Of a stretch of DNA of 64,000 nt, positions 1 through 11,542 are shown one piece after another (position 1 is the stretch's first letter; every line of letters begins with the position of its first letter). This stretch comes from an uncultured Chloroflexota bacterium (GTDB lineage: Bacteria; Chloroflexota; UBA6077; CF-72), in NCBI GenBank assembly GCA_964435115.1, contig CAYSYM010000003.1, positions 66,421 to 130,420 of the forward strand, read 5' to 3'. The notes below the pieces were generated by a model that did no database searches, had not been told where the DNA came from, and saw nothing but the letters and a program-made list of their open reading frames with translations. The position numbers were made by a program, and so were the translations under genes.

Positions 1-689
1 CAGGGTGGCCAGCTCCTGCAGGTGGTTGAAGCTCGCCGCGTCGCCCATGCCGCGGCCGCCCGAGACGAGCACCTCGGCATCTTCGATGTCCACCTCGCCG
101 CCACTCTCCTCGGCTTCTTCGGCGACCAGCTCCACCCGCAAGGAGGCGACATCGAGCGTCGCCTCGAACGCGGCGATCTCGCCACGGCGCGCGTCGTCGG
201 CGGTGGCCGGGTCGACCGAGCGCTGGCGCAGGGTGAACAGAGCCGGTGGGCCGGCCGGGGCCAGGAGCGCCACGAGCTTGCCGCCGTAGATGGGCTTGAT
301 GCCCCGCAGCTCGCCCTCCTCGAACAGCACGCTGGTGCAATCGCTGGCGAGCCCGACCCCCAGGCGGTCGGCCAGGAGCGGCGCCAGGTCTCGCCCCAGC
401 CAGCCGTGGGCAAGCAGCACCACGGCCGGCTGGCGCTCGGCGCAAAGCTGGCTGAGAGCGGCCAGCGCCGCCTCCTGGGGGAAGCGGGTGTAGCGCTCGG
501 CCTCGGCCCAGCAGGCCGCGTCGGCCCCGTAGCGAACCGCCTCGGGCGCGGCGGCCCGGGCGCCCGGTCCGAGCACCGCCGCGACCAGCCGGCCGCCCAC
601 GCCGTCGGCCAGGCTCCGTCCCAGCCCGAGCAGCTCCAGCGCTGAGCGGGCCAGCCGCCCCCCGCTGATCTCGGCGTGGATCATGACGT
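1..689 (-). CDS. etfA: Electron transfer flavoprotein alpha subunit; N-terminal about 229 aa, with the 3' end running off the window start
   Basis: Minus-strand translation from the ATG at 689 gives MIHAEISGG...VLVSGGRGMG, the EtfA FAD-binding signature. It lies immediately downstream of etfB. The ORF track omits it because it has no stop inside the window. Confidence 0.8.
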
Positions 690-711
690 CACGGGTCACG
701 GCGTCCCCCGG

Positions 712-1527
712 CTAGATCGCCCCCGCCTCCCGCAGCGCGAGCGCCAAGAGCTCGCCGGACTGCGCGTCGGTCTCGCCCCTGACGAAACGACAGCTGCCGC
801 CGCGCGTCGGCACGAAACAGCGCACGGTACGCACGCGGGCAGCCGGTGGACCGGCCAGCCCGAGGTCCGCCAGGCTCCAGACCGGGATGCGCTTCTTGAG
901 CGCCGCCATGACGCCCTGGACGGAGGTCAGGCGCGGCCGGTTGATCTCACTCGAGACGCTCAGCACGGCCGGCAGGCGGACCCGCAGCGTCTGCTTCCCG
1001 CCACCCGTCGACCGCTCGACGGTGGCCGTGCCATCGGCCGCGTCGATCCGGCGGACTGCTCCAACGAACGGTAGCCCCAGGCGCGCGGCGAGCAGGGCAC
1101 CGACCTGCGAGGCATCCGTATCGGCGGCCTGGCGGCCGCAGATCACCAGGTCAGCCCCGCCCAGCTTCCCGACTCCGACCGCCAGCACCGCGGCGGTCGC
1201 GGCGGCGTCGGCATCGCGCAGCGAGGGGTCCTCGATCAGGGCAGCTTCGTCGGCACCCATGCGTAGCGCTCGCTTGCCCACCTCGATGGCCGTGGGCGGG
1301 CCGAGCGTGAGCGTCGCAACGCTGCCGCCCCGCGCCTCGCGGAGCTGCAACCCCGCCTCGATGGCGTGCTCGTCGAACAGGCTGACCACCTGCTTCACGC
1401 GCGGGTCGGCGGTGGCCCGGCCGTCCGGGCCCACGCTGAAGAGCTCCGGGACGGCGTCCCAGTCGGCGACCTGCTTCGCGCAGACGACGATCCTCACCGT
1501 TACGTCCCCACGCCTTCGCGGGCTCAA
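712..1527 (-). CDS. etfB: Electron transfer flavoprotein beta subunit
   Basis: 271-aa ORF with EtfB-like sequence (VVCAKQVADWDAV...); typical acyl-CoA DH–etfB–etfA order. Confidence 0.88.
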   Translation of the reverse strand: MSPRRRGDVTVRIVVCAKQVADWDAVPELFSVGPDGRATADPRVKQVVSLFDEHAIEAGLQLREARGGSVATLTLGPPTAIEVGKRALRMGADEAALIEDPSLRDADAAATAAVLAVGVGKLGGADLVICGRQAADTDASQVGALLAARLGLPFVGAVRRIDAADGTATVERSTGGGKQTLRVRLPAVLSVSSEINRPRLTSVQGVMAALKKRIPVWSLADLGLAGPPAARVRTVRCFVPTRGGSCRFVRGETDAQSGELLALALREAGAI

Positions 1528-2717
1528 TCGTCCTGGATCAGCATCCGCTGTACGGCCGCGAGCTGGACCTGGTTCGCACCGTCCGAGTGCAGGAAGGTGA
1601 CCGCGTCGCGCAGGTACTTCTCCAGCGGCAGGTCTTTCATGATCCCCGAGCCGCCGTGGATCTCCATCGCCCGGATCGCCACGTGGACCGCGGCCTCGGA
1701 GGCGTACACCTTGGCCAGCTTCGGTAGCTTGTAGTCCGGCGGTTCGCCGTGGTCGATGCTCCAGGCTGCCTTCCAGATCAGGAGCCGGGCCGTCTCCAGG
1801 CGGGTCAGCATGTCGGCCAGCATGAAGGCAATCGCCTGGTGCTCGATGATCGGCTGGCCACCCTGGACGCGCCGCTTGGCGTAGGCGAGCGCGGCCTCGT
1901 AGGCCGCCTGGCCTACGCCAAGGGTAGTGGCCGCCGCTTCCAGGTTGCTCCCGCGCATGACCCGCAGCAGCGCCGGGTGGAACTGGCCCTCGCCAACCAG
2001 CAGGTCATCCCGGTGGATGCGGCAGTTATCCAGGAAGATCTCGCCGTTGTTGATCAGCCGCTGGCCGATCTTCTCGTGGATACGCCCGAAGGTCATGCCC
2101 GGCGTGCCCTTGGGGACGAGGAAAGCCGACAGGCCACCCTCCGAGTAGCGCTTCTCGCGGTCGGTGCGTGCCAGGATGACGTAGAGCCTGGCCTCCGGCG
2201 TGGTCGAGATGAAGTGCTTCCTGCCGTTGAGGATGTAGTGGTCGCCGTGCTTCTCCGCGAACGTCTGCGCGCCGGCGCCCGGCGCGTCGTACGGTAGCCA
2301 GGTGTCAGAGCCAGCCTCCGGCTCGGTCCCGCCGAGCGCCAGCAGGAACTCGTGGTCGACCAGAAAGGGGCGCATGTGCCGCTGCAGCTGCTCCGGCGTG
2401 CACAGGGCATAGAGCATGGTGGTGAACTTCCAGGTCTGGTCGAAGATGACGGCCACGCCGAGGTCCGCCTTGGCCAGCTCCTCGCCCACCACGCACAGCG
2501 TGAGGTGGTCGGCCCCGGGGCCGCCGTGCTCCTCCGGCACCGCCAGCGTACGCAGGCCGAGCTCAGACCCCGCCCGCACGATGTCCCAGGGGAATCGCCG
2601 GGCCGGATCGGCGATGGCCTCCCGCTCCTTGATGGTGGGGCGGACCACCGCGTCGGCAAACTCGCGCGCCAGCTCCTGGAGCGCGCGCTGCTTCTCGTTG
2701 AGCGCGAAGTCGACCAT
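1524..2717 (-). CDS. Acyl-CoA dehydrogenase
   Basis: 397-aa ORF with ACAD family signatures (GGTEPEAGSD, IHGGSGIMKDLPLEKYLRDA); a 4-bp overlap with etfB suggests an operon. Confidence 0.88.
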   Translation of the reverse strand: MVDFALNEKQRALQELAREFADAVVRPTIKEREAIADPARRFPWDIVRAGSELGLRTLAVPEEHGGPGADHLTLCVVGEELAKADLGVAVIFDQTWKFTTMLYALCTPEQLQRHMRPFLVDHEFLLALGGTEPEAGSDTWLPYDAPGAGAQTFAEKHGDHYILNGRKHFISTTPEARLYVILARTDREKRYSEGGLSAFLVPKGTPGMTFGRIHEKIGQRLINNGEIFLDNCRIHRDDLLVGEGQFHPALLRVMRGSNLEAAATTLGVGQAAYEAALAYAKRRVQGGQPIIEHQAIAFMLADMLTRLETARLLIWKAAWSIDHGEPPDYKLPKLAKVYASEAAVHVAIRAMEIHGGSGIMKDLPLEKYLRDAVTFLHSDGANQVQLAAVQRMLIQDD

Positions 2718-2885
2718 CCCGTGTCACCCCCTTCTGCCACGCGACCTTCTGGCCCTCGATCTCGCCGCGCGGCGCACGCCCGATGCGTGGGAGGCCGGGC
2801 GCGGCGCGGCGCCGCGCCCGGCCCGGCGATCGCCTTCAGCGGGCACGAGGGTAGCACGGCTCCGCCCGACGGGCGCACGGACCTG

Positions 2886-3125
2886 CTAGCTGGCCAACGG
2901 GATCGCGCGCTCATCCCCGAGCGCCTCGTTCACCACGACCAGGCGCCCCTCGTCTTCCGCTCGTAGCTGCGCGTTGGCGTTCAGCAACTCGATGCCATAC
3001 ACGGTTCCGTCGGGTGCCACGTCAACGTTCAACTCGTCGCTCACGCGGACAGTCTGTACCTGAGCGCCCTTCGCATGGAGGCGCAGGTACGCCACGTTGT
3101 AGCGCGGGTCGTAGGTCAGCTTCAT
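2886..3125 (-). CDS. DUF2283 family protein (antitoxin-like partner of DUF4258)
   Basis: MKLTYDPRYNVAYLRL matches the DUF2283 N-terminal pattern MKIxYDxExDxLYIxL. I chose the internal ATG at 3125 with a GAGGAGGAG RBS; the GTG at 3146 is an alternative. Confidence 0.6.
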   Translation of the reverse strand: MKLTYDPRYNVAYLRLHAKGAQVQTVRVSDELNVDVAPDGTVYGIELLNANAQLRAEDEGRLVVVNEALGDERAIPLAS

Positions 3126-3147
3126 CGACTCCTCCTCGGGTGACACG

Positions 3148-3408
3148 TCACAAGTACCGCGCGATCACGGTGATGACGAGCCATCCATCCTCCTCCTCCT
3201 CCACGGCATACGCCTCCACCTGCTTCGTCCCATAGCGGCGCCCACGCCACTCGACCTCGAACTGAAAGTTGCGGCGGAACCCGGTGCGCCCGAACTTCGC
3301 CGGGAACCGTTCGCCACCGTGGACCGTCGCAATGACCTCGGCTTGAGTAGAGCCGCGCTCAGCGAGACGTGCCAGAGCATGGGGATGCAGCCGGACCGTA
3401 TCAGCCAC
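3148..3408 (-). CDS. DUF4258 family protein (toxin-like)
   Basis: 86-aa ORF immediately upstream of the DUF2283 gene; this pairing is widespread. Confidence 0.55.
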   Translation of the reverse strand: MADTVRLHPHALARLAERGSTQAEVIATVHGGERFPAKFGRTGFRRNFQFEVEWRGRRYGTKQVEAYAVEEEEDGWLVITVIARYL

Positions 3409-3514
3409 GCGGAGTCGTTAAGCGCCCGTATCGGCCACCTGGCATCCGCCAACCCATGTCAGGAAGGTCCGGGGGAGCACCCCGAGGGGGCGACGGACGT
3501 TCGGCCGGGGCCCC

Positions 3515-5215
3515 TCAATCCTCACACAGGATCTCGAGCAGGCGGTTCAGGAGAAGCGTAGCCACCGGGTCTTGGCCGTACGATTCCGCGAAGCGGAAGG
3601 TGGTCACCAGGAGCCGGCCGTGGCCCAGGGTGCGTTGCAGCGCGAAGATGCCAGCGTTGGCCAGCCACCCCTCGAACCAGCCGGTGAGCTGCTCGTCCCC
3701 CTCCTGGAGGCACGCCGCGTCCACGGCTACGAGCGGGAACAGGTCCGCCACTTCCCAGCCGAGGTCGGGCAGGATCGGGCACGGAGCAAACCGGTCGGAA
3801 CGGGCCCACGCCGAGCCGCCCGCCATGCGCCAGCTCTCACCCGCCGGCAGGTTGCGGAACCGCAGGTCCAGGCCGTTCGGGGCTAGGCTACCCCCTTCGG
3901 CCAGCCACAGCAGTCGGCCGCCCTGGCGGACGAAGTCGTCCATCCGCTCGTCGTAGGACGACGTGATCGCGAGCCCCAGCTCGGGCGTGAAGCTGCGGGG
4001 AATCAGGTAGCCCTGCCGCTCCAGGCGCTGCCGCAGCGCGCGGTCCAGCGCGTGCCCGTTCGTCGACCTACCATTTCCCAGGCCCGCCTGGCGGGGGACC
4101 CACGCCAGCTCGGCGTACGTCCGAGCGAGCACCTGTCCGTCGTCGCACAGCTCCAGCACCAGCCGCCCGTTCCCCGGCCGGTCGTCCGGGGCCACGAAGC
4201 GAGTGGTGGTCGGATGTTCCCGCGTCTCGAAGGCGCCGATGGTGGCGGGAATCTCGCCGGAGAGGCCTGTCCCCTCGAGTCGCCATACGATCGCCCCCGA
4301 TACGGGATGGGCCGTGTAGTTCGAGAGCCAGACGGTGACCTGCACCTCCTCACCGCCCCACACGTTCGGGCGTCGCGGCAGCGCGATCATCGACAGGTCC
4401 GCGTTGACGTCGGCCAGGTCGCGGGTGAACACCTTCGGCTGGCGCCAGTAGTCGAGCCAGCCGTTCGCCTCCCACTCGATGTCCGCCAGCTCCGTCACCA
4501 CCCAGCCGTGGATGAACGGCCGACGACGCATCTCTTCGATCTGCCCCTTGAGGGAACGGAATGCCCGTCGCTGCACGTGTTCGACGAGGCGCTCCGGCGT
4601 GCCGAAGACGGCCGCCAATCCAAGCTGCTGGAAGCGATGCTCGAAGCCCGCGATCGTCTTGATTCGCTCCGTCAGGGGACTCTCGGCGGGTGCGGGAGGT
4701 AAACCCTCCGGCCGTGCGTAGCCGCGGTCGTACCCGAACCAGGCCGGATCCGTCCCCCCGTTGCGCTCGCGCGCGTGCTGCGGAGGTGGCAGCGCCCAGT
4801 TACCCCACTCGGAAACCAACACCGGCTCGCCGCCTCGAGGCACCTGCCCTGTGGCGTAGTTGTCCTGCGGGTGCCGCTCGATGTGCCCCAGCCGCTCCCG
4901 GAAGCGGGTGGCTCGATCGGGCAGCGAGAAGTACTCGTGGTAGTCGTTGATGTCAGTAACGACGTGGGCCCAGCCGGAGTTGTCACAGATGAGGCGGGTT
5001 GGGTCGAGCGCCTTCACCTCCCGATACAGCTCCCGTAGCCACGCCTGCCGGTCGGGCTCGCTCCACAGGCCAGGCAGCCCCCAGTCCTCGTTGTACAGGC
5101 TCCACATCACGACACTCGGGCGGTTGAAGTCACGCGCGATCATCTCCAGCAGGTCGCGTCGGAGCGCCGCGCGGGCCGCGGGCGTGAAGGCGTTCGGGTT
5201 GCTGGAGAACCTCAG
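3515..5215 (-). pseudogene. Glycoside hydrolase family 2 (beta-glucuronidase-like), missing its N-terminus
   Basis: EMIARDFNRPSVVMWSLYNEDWG and ALDPTRLICDNSGW match GUS/LacZ catalytic-barrel motifs (ELIARDKNHPSVVMWSIANE, DPTRPITC). In GUS these lie about 350 aa from the N-terminus, but here only about 80 aa precede them. The upstream DNA is transposase-derived. Confidence 0.6.
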
Positions 5216-5449
5216 CATCCACACGCCCAAAGGCTCGCGGCTCCTGCGCGTCCTACTGGAGGAACTCCGAGGGCAGTTGGTGCTGTCTACACGTCGCCAT
5301 ACGACCTGGAGGCCAACCGCATCGAGTGGCTCTGGCGAGCGCTGCGGCGCGCCGTCGCCCACGCCCACGCGCGGGAGACGCTCCCGCCCTTGCTGGAGGA
5401 CGCCGACACCTGGGCGCGCGCGATCACCCCGACCGAGGTGCTCTGCTAG
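5180..5449 (+). mobile_element. IS630/Tc1-mariner family transposase remnant (C-terminal DDE region, frameshifted)
   Basis: Plus-strand frames give LLENLSIHTPKGSRLLRVLLEELRGQLVL followed by a frameshift and then VYTSPYDLEANRIEWLWRALRRAVAHAHARETLPPLLEDADTWARAITPTEVLC*. These are the DNASIH...LPPYSP(D/E)LNPIE-W block and tail of IS630 transposases. No intact N-terminus is present. Confidence 0.55.
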
Positions 5450-5530
5450 ATCGGCAGCCTCTGCGCGAATGCCGCCGACCCCGCGGCGGATGAGGGACTC
5501 GCTCGTGCGGCATCACCAACCGGGAAGCCT

Positions 5531-6709
5531 CTACCGGACTCCGAGCAACAGGTCCATCACGAGCTGGTCCAGCTCCTCGGCATGGCGGCCGCGGCCCGAG
5601 AGCGCGGCGATGTCGAACGCGGCCTGCTTGAACTGGGCGGCTCGCTGCGAGGTGTAGCCGTCGCTGGCCTGCGGACCCTCGTACTCCTGGTCCCGGGCGC
5701 GCAGCTCCTGGAGCAGCGCCTGGATCTCCTGGTCGGCCGCGAAGCGCTGCGCCTTGTCCTTGAGGATGAGGTAGGTGCGCATGCAGCCGCGGGCGAAAGC
5801 CCAGACGCCCTCCTCGTCCTCAGTACGGTGCGCGTGGGCGTCGAAGTGACGCGCACCGTCGTAGCCGCTCTCTTCGAGCAGCTTGACCAGGAAGAAGGCG
5901 CGCTTCGGGTTCTCGGCGCCGAAGCGGAAGTCCTGATCGTAGCGGCCAATCTGCTGGTCGTTTAGGTCGATGTGGTAGAGCTTGCCGGCCTCGAGCGCCT
6001 GGGCGACACCATGGACGAAGTTGAGTCCAGCCATCGTGTCGTGGGCGAACTCGGGGTTCACGCCGACCATCTCGGGGTGCTGAAGGGTCGAGATGAAGTG
6101 CAGCATGTGGCCGATAGTCGGGAAGTACAGGTCGCCACGGGGCTCGTTGGGCTTCGGCTCGAGGGCGAACCGCATCTGGTAGCCCTGGTCGCGGACGTAC
6201 TCGCACAGGAAGTCGATCGCCTCGCGGAACCGCTTGATGGCCTCGCGCGGGTCGCGGTAGGCGTCGGTCTCGGCGCCCTCGCGGCCACCCCACAAGACAT
6301 AGGTGGTCGCCCCGAGCTCCGCACCGAGGTCGATGGCACGCATGGTCTTCTGGAGGGCGAAGGCACGCACGCTGGCGTCCGAGGCGGTGAAGGCGCCGTC
6401 GCGGAAGATGGGGTGGGTGAACAAGTTGGTCGTGGCCATCGGGACGACCATGCCGTTCTCGGCGAGGGCCTGTTTGAAGCGAGCGACGATGCGGTCGCGC
6501 TCTGCAGGGGTGGCGTCGAAGGGAACGAGATCGTTGTCGTGGAGGTTGACGCCCCAGGCGCCCAACTCCGCGAGCTTCTTCACCGTGTAGACCGGGTCGA
6601 GCGGCGCCCGGACCGGGTCGCCGAAGGGGTCGCGGCCGATATTGCCGACAGTCCACAGGCCGAAGCTGAACTTGTCGCTCTTCTGAGGAACGTGGCTGCT
6701 GGCTGTCAC
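5531..6709 (-). CDS. xylA: Xylose isomerase (class I, actinobacterial/Thermus type)
   Basis: 392-aa ORF: FSFGLWTVG..., [18 protein letters not shown]. Confidence 0.92.
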   Translation of the reverse strand: MTASSHVPQKSDKFSFGLWTVGNIGRDPFGDPVRAPLDPVYTVKKLAELGAWGVNLHDNDLVPFDATPAERDRIVARFKQALAENGMVVPMATTNLFTHPIFRDGAFTASDASVRAFALQKTMRAIDLGAELGATTYVLWGGREGAETDAYRDPREAIKRFREAIDFLCEYVRDQGYQMRFALEPKPNEPRGDLYFPTIGHMLHFISTLQHPEMVGVNPEFAHDTMAGLNFVHGVAQALEAGKLYHIDLNDQQIGRYDQDFRFGAENPKRAFFLVKLLEESGYDGARHFDAHAHRTEDEEGVWAFARGCMRTYLILKDKAQRFAADQEIQALLQELRARDQEYEGPQASDGYTSQRAAQFKQAAFDIAALSGRGRHAEELDQLVMDLLLGVR

Positions 6710-6776
6710 GTTGCTCCCTTTCTGTTGACTGGCGGTGAGGAGCGAAGGGCGCCCCCGCCGGGTGCCCCGGCAACCT

Positions 6777-8240
6777 TCATACCTGGCTCTTGATGGCGAG
6801 CTCCCGCAGGCGGGCGGCGCGCTCGCGGGCTTCGCTCAACGCGTCCTGGCCGCGAGGCTCGAAGCAAGCCTCGACGATCGAGCCGGGCTGGGCGGGCGTG
6901 CCGTCCACGGCCCAGCGCGCCTGGAGCGCCGCGCCGAGCGCTCCGGCCTCAGTCCCGGGAGGTCGATTCACCCTGAGTCCCACCGTGTCGGCGCACAGCT
7001 GCGCCCAGCCATTTGACTGTGCGCCACCGCCGACCAGCGTGATCTCGCTGGCCCGCACGCCTGACCGCTGGAGCGCCTCGAGGGCGTACTGGAGCGCGAA
7101 CGTTACGCCCTCGATCACGGCGCGCACCATGTCGGCGCGATCGTGGCTGGCGCGAAGGCCCGAAAAGACGCCGGCGCCGGTGGGGCAGTTGGGCGTCCGC
7201 TCTCCTTCCAGGTGCGGCAGGAAGGTCAGGCCGCGAGCCCCGGACGGCGACGCTTCCAGCGCCGCCTCCAGGCCGGCGTAGTCCAGGCCGAAGAGCCCGC
7301 GGATCCACTCGGTAGCGACGGTGCAGTTCAGGGTGCAGACCAGTGGCAGCCAGCCTCCGGTGGAATCGCAGAACGCCGCCGCCTCGCCGAGCGGGTCGAC
7401 GGCCGGGGCACTGCGGTAGGCAAAGGCCGTCCCGGACGTCCCCAGGCTGACGACGACCGGGCCCTCGGCGACGGCGCCGACGCCAATCGCGGCCATCATG
7501 TTGTCGCCCCCACCACCGCTGACCGGTACGACGGTCGGCAGCCCGAGTGCCGTGGCCGGCTCGGGGCGGAGGCCCCCGACCACCGAGAGCGAAGGCACGA
7601 TCGCAGGGAGGGTGGCCGCCCAGTCGCGGCCGGTGTCGAGCGCCGCGAGCACGGGCGCGCTGTACTGGCGGGTGCGCACATCGAAATAGGCGGTGCCCGA
7701 GGCATCGCCCGGCTCGGTGAGGAACGCGCCAGTCAGCCAGAAATTGAGGTAGTCGTGCGGCAGGCACATGGCCCGGGTGGCGGCATAGCTCTCCGGCTCG
7801 TGACGCCGCAACCAGGCGACCTTCGGCGCGGTGTACCCGGGCAGGAAGCTGTTGCCGGTGAGCGCCAGCGCCGCCTCCAAGCCGCCCACCTGCTCTGTCA
7901 GGAAGGCGCACTCCGGGGCGGCCGTGGTGTCGTTCCAGAGCTTGGCGGCTCGGACCGGGCGGCCGTGCTCGCCCAGGCAGACGAGGCCGTGCTGCTGGCC
8001 CGAGACGCCGATACCCGCGACCTCGACCTGGCCGGCCTGCTTCAGCGCCCGGCGGGCGGCGGCGACCAGCGCCTCCGTCCACCAGTCCGGGTGCTGCTCG
8101 CGCGTCCCGTCAGCGCGCTCGACGATGTCGTGCGGGACTCGGCCGAGCGCGATTACCTGGTCGGACGCCGCGTCCATCACGAGCGCCTTCGTCGACTGTG
8201 TGCCGCAGTCGACGCCGAGGAACACTCTGCGTGCGCTCAC
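6777..8240 (-). CDS. xylB: Xylulokinase
   Basis: FGGY kinase ([14 protein letters not shown]..., GGGAQS). The GTG start at 8240 overlaps the GH31 stop as GTGA. The upstream extension of the 698-aa ORF overlaps the GH31 C-terminus and is rejected. Confidence 0.85.
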   Translation of the reverse strand: MSARRVFLGVDCGTQSTKALVMDAASDQVIALGRVPHDIVERADGTREQHPDWWTEALVAAARRALKQAGQVEVAGIGVSGQQHGLVCLGEHGRPVRAAKLWNDTTAAPECAFLTEQVGGLEAALALTGNSFLPGYTAPKVAWLRRHEPESYAATRAMCLPHDYLNFWLTGAFLTEPGDASGTAYFDVRTRQYSAPVLAALDTGRDWAATLPAIVPSLSVVGGLRPEPATALGLPTVVPVSGGGGDNMMAAIGVGAVAEGPVVVSLGTSGTAFAYRSAPAVDPLGEAAAFCDSTGGWLPLVCTLNCTVATEWIRGLFGLDYAGLEAALEASPSGARGLTFLPHLEGERTPNCPTGAGVFSGLRASHDRADMVRAVIEGVTFALQYALEALQRSGVRASEITLVGGGAQSNGWAQLCADTVGLRVNRPPGTEAGALGAALQARWAVDGTPAQPGSIVEACFEPRGQDALSEARERAARLRELAIKSQV

Positions 8241-10584
8241 GTCGCCCACACCGGGATACTGCCCGCTCCCTCGACGCGGTGCGCCGTTACCTGGGCCATC
8301 TGCCCGGCCACTTCCACGACGTACGTCCGCGCCTGAACTGCCCCGGGATCGGAGCTCACCCACAGCGCGCCGTCGGCGAACGAGTAGCGAGTGGTGCCTC
8401 CGTCCTCTCTGAGCTCGGAGGATGCCTTTCCACCGCGCGGGTAGACCCGCAGGGTGAGCTCGTCGGTGCCCTTCTCTCCCACGAACTGCTCGACGGGTCC
8501 GAGCGGCAGGACGGTGCCTGCCTTGACGAAGAGTGGGATCGTATCGAGCGGCGCGGGCACGGTCACCCACCGGCCGCCCTGGTACGGCGTGTCCGTCCAG
8601 AAGTCGTACCACTCGCCCTCGGGCAGGTAGAGCTTCTGCTCCGTGACCCCGTAGTCGAAGATGGGGGCGACCAGCAGCGCCGGACCGAGCGTGTACTGGA
8701 GGTCCACGCCGTGGACGGTGGGATCGTCCTGGTACTCCAGGACCAGCGGGCGCAGGACGGGCATGCCCGTCCGATGGGCTTCGTGGGCCAGGCTGTAGAG
8801 GTACGGGATGAGCCGATAGCGCAACTCGTCGTACTTCTTGAAGATGCGGAGCGCCTCTTCGCCCTGCGACCACGGCTCGCGGTCGTGTGTGCCGTGTCCG
8901 CGGCTATGGGAGCACAGCAGCCCCCACTGCGCCCAGCGGGCGTACAGCTCGGGGTTCGTCTCGCCCTGGAAGCCGCCGATGTCGTGGCTCCAGAACGCGA
9001 TGCCGGAGAGCGCGAACGACAGCCCGCTCCAGAGGGTGCAGGCCATGGAGGGGAAGTTGCACAACATGTCCCCGCTCCACGAGACGGGGTAGCGCTGGAT
9101 GCCGGCCCAACCCGAGCGGCCCCAGCACACCATCTCGCCCGCGTGGCCGCTGCGCTCGAACGCCTCGTAGTACGTGGCGTTGTAGAGCAGCGGAAACATG
9201 TTGTGCATCTCCCTGCCGCGCATGCCATTGGCGAAGACAGCGTCCTCGGGGATGGCCTCGCCGAAGTCCGTCTTGAAGGCGCGCACACCCTGCTCGATGA
9301 GCTTCAGGATCTTGCCGATGTACCACTCGCGACCGCTCGGGCTGGAGAAGTCCACGATGCCGCACCGGTTGGGAGTTTGGCCCGGGATCGTCGGCGTGTA
9401 GAAGTAGACGCCACCGTCCTCGCGTCGGGCGAAGGCGTTCGCCGCGAGTCCCTCCTGGAAGACCTCGCTCTGCTCGGGAATCCAGGGCTGCACCCAGACG
9501 CACACGCGCACGCCCTGCTCACGCAGGCGCGCCATGTTACCCGCCGGGTCCGGGAAGCGGTCCTCATCCCACACCAGGTCGGCATACATGCGGTCGTGCT
9601 GCCAGTACGGGTCCAGGTGAATGACATCCACGGGCACCTTCAGCTCGCGCGCCTTGCTCACCACGCTCCACACCTCGTCCCAGCTTGTGTAGCCGTACTT
9701 GGACTGCCAGTAGCCGAACGACCAGCGTGGCGGCACTGGCGCCCGACCCGTCAGCGCCGTGTACCGCTCCAGGATGTCTGGGATGCGCGGGCCGTGGATC
9801 AGGAACAGGTCAAGCCGGTCATCCTCGGTTTCGAACTGCGTGGAGATGGAGCTTGCCGCGCCGCTCCCGATATCCCAGGTCGTCTTGAAGGTCGTGTTCA
9901 GGAAGACCCCGTAGCCGCGCGTGGAGAGAAAGAACGGGACGTTCTTGTAGGCCCGCTCGTTGGTGGAGCCCCATGTGTTCCAGTTCCAGGTCTCGACTCG
10001 TTGTCCGCGGCGGTCGGGTGGCGTGAATCGCTCGCCTAGCCCATAGATGTGTTCGTCGGGCGCAAGATACAGCGCGTTGAACGTCCCCGCTACCCCGCCG
10101 TGCTGATCCCGCCGATAGCCTATCCACGTCGGGCGACGCCAGCCCCGCAGGTTGGTGTCAGCTCGGTGCTCGCGGCAGACCAGGTTTCCGTCTCGATCGC
10201 GAAGGACCAATTCATACGGAGCGCGCCGTACCTCGCACACCAGGTTGCCGAAGCGGACGACCAGAGCTTCTGGGGCTTCCTCGACGTCGAAGGCAATTCG
10301 GGGAACGTCCTGGCTCTCCAGGCACGGCGTGGGGCGTGGGGTGAGGGGAACCGACTGGGGGTAGAGCGTGACCCGCAGCACGTCCTCGTTGACGGGCGCG
10401 ACTGCGATCGTCGCCTGCTCCATCTTGTTGGTCGCGCAATGGATCAGGACGCGGTCGGGCTGGACCACGTAGCCGCGAATCCCCTCGAGGAACTGCAGGT
10501 CCTCGTCCATCCGCCACGGGCGAAGGAGACCGCCGAGCTGCATGTTCGGGTTCCCGACGAGGTTCTCGTTTGCCAGACTCGCCA
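8237..10584 (-). CDS. GH31 alpha-xylosidase (YicI-like)
   Basis: FKTDFGEAIPED, WSHDIGGF and GH31 catalytic-region motifs. GTG start at 10584, 7 nt after GGAGGAG. Confidence 0.8.
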
Positions 10585-10708
10585 CAGGTGCACTCCTCCA
10601 CAGCCAATGTCCTTTGCGGGGCCAACTTGAATCAGGCCCGGGCGCTGCGCGCCCGCGCTGGGTGAGTTGTTCTCCTCGCACTCCGATGAGTGGTCCGTTG
10701 GAGCGTGC

Positions 10709-11542
10709 CTATCCCTTTACCGCTCCCATAGTGAGCCCGCGGACAATGTGGCGCTGCAGCACGAGGGCCACGGCCACGACTGGCAGCATGATCGAGACGG
10801 CTGCCGCGCTGAATTGACCCCACAGGATGCCGCGGTCTGTCTCGAAGCCGGCCACCATGACCGGCAGAGTGCGGCTCTCGGGGCCGGATAGGATCAGGGA
10901 GAAGAGGAACTCGTTCCATCCCAGAAGGAAGGCGAAGATCGCCGTCGTCGCCAGGCCTGGAGCCACGAGCGGCATGACAATGTTCGTCAGGATCTGGTAC
11001 CGCGAGCAGCCATCCACTGCCGCGGCTTCTTCCAGGTCGATCGGCAGTTCTTGGAGGAACCCGATCATCATCCAAATACCGAAAGGCAGCGCGAACGCGG
11101 TGTACGACACGATGAGCGCGGTCTTCGTGTTGAGAATTCCCGCCCAGGTGGCAAGGCTGTAGAAGGGGAGCACCAGGCTGATCCGGGGAACCATGCGCAC
11201 CACGAGGTAGAAGAGCGGCAGGAAGGTCGAGCCGCGATACCGGAACCGCGTGAACGAATAGGCCGACAGGAAGCCGATGGCGGAAGCGAGCAGGCTGGTG
11301 ACGCTGGCGACGATCAGCGTGTTCACTAGGTAGCGCGAGAAGTCGGGCGACTGGATCAGCGCCTGGTAGTTCTGGAGGGTGGGGGCGAAGAACAAGACGG
11401 GGGGCATGGCCGAGACGATGTTGTCCGGCTTGATGCTGGTGATGAACAGCCAAAGCACGGGGCCGATGGTCCACACCAGCATGATGACCATGACGAGAAC
11501 GCGCGCGGCCTTGGTTGCGATCTTGTTCATGGCCGGCCTCAC
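10709..11542 (-). CDS. Carbohydrate ABC transporter permease (MalG-like)
   Basis: 277-aa polytopic membrane protein with an EAA-like loop (IDLEEAAAVDGCSRYQ). Confidence 0.85.
   Translation of the reverse strand: MRPAMNKIATKAARVLVMVIMLVWTIGPVLWLFITSIKPDNIVSAMPPVLFFAPTLQNYQALIQSPDFSRYLVNTLIVASVTSLLASAIGFLSAYSFTRFRYRGSTFLPLFYLVVRMVPRISLVLPFYSLATWAGILNTKTALIVSYTAFALPFGIWMMIGFLQELPIDLEEAAAVDGCSRYQILTNIVMPLVAPGLATTAIFAFLLGWNEFLFSLILSGPESRTLPVMVAGFETDRGILWGQFSAAAVSIMLPVVAVALVLQRHIVRGLTMGAVKG

Noticed and set aside
22-1600. Long plus-strand ORFs (22..645, 887..1600 and many similar ORFs throughout the track)
   Set aside because: They are antisense to well-supported genes (etfA, etfB and others). 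They have Ala/Arg/Pro-rich low-complexity translations typical of stop-poor frames in 70 % GC DNA, and no motifs.
8241-8873. 5' extension of the xylB ORF (698 aa as listed)
   Set aside because: It overlaps the GH31 C-terminus in another frame. The FGGY N-terminal motif begins at the GTG at 8240, which is translationally coupled to the GH31 stop.
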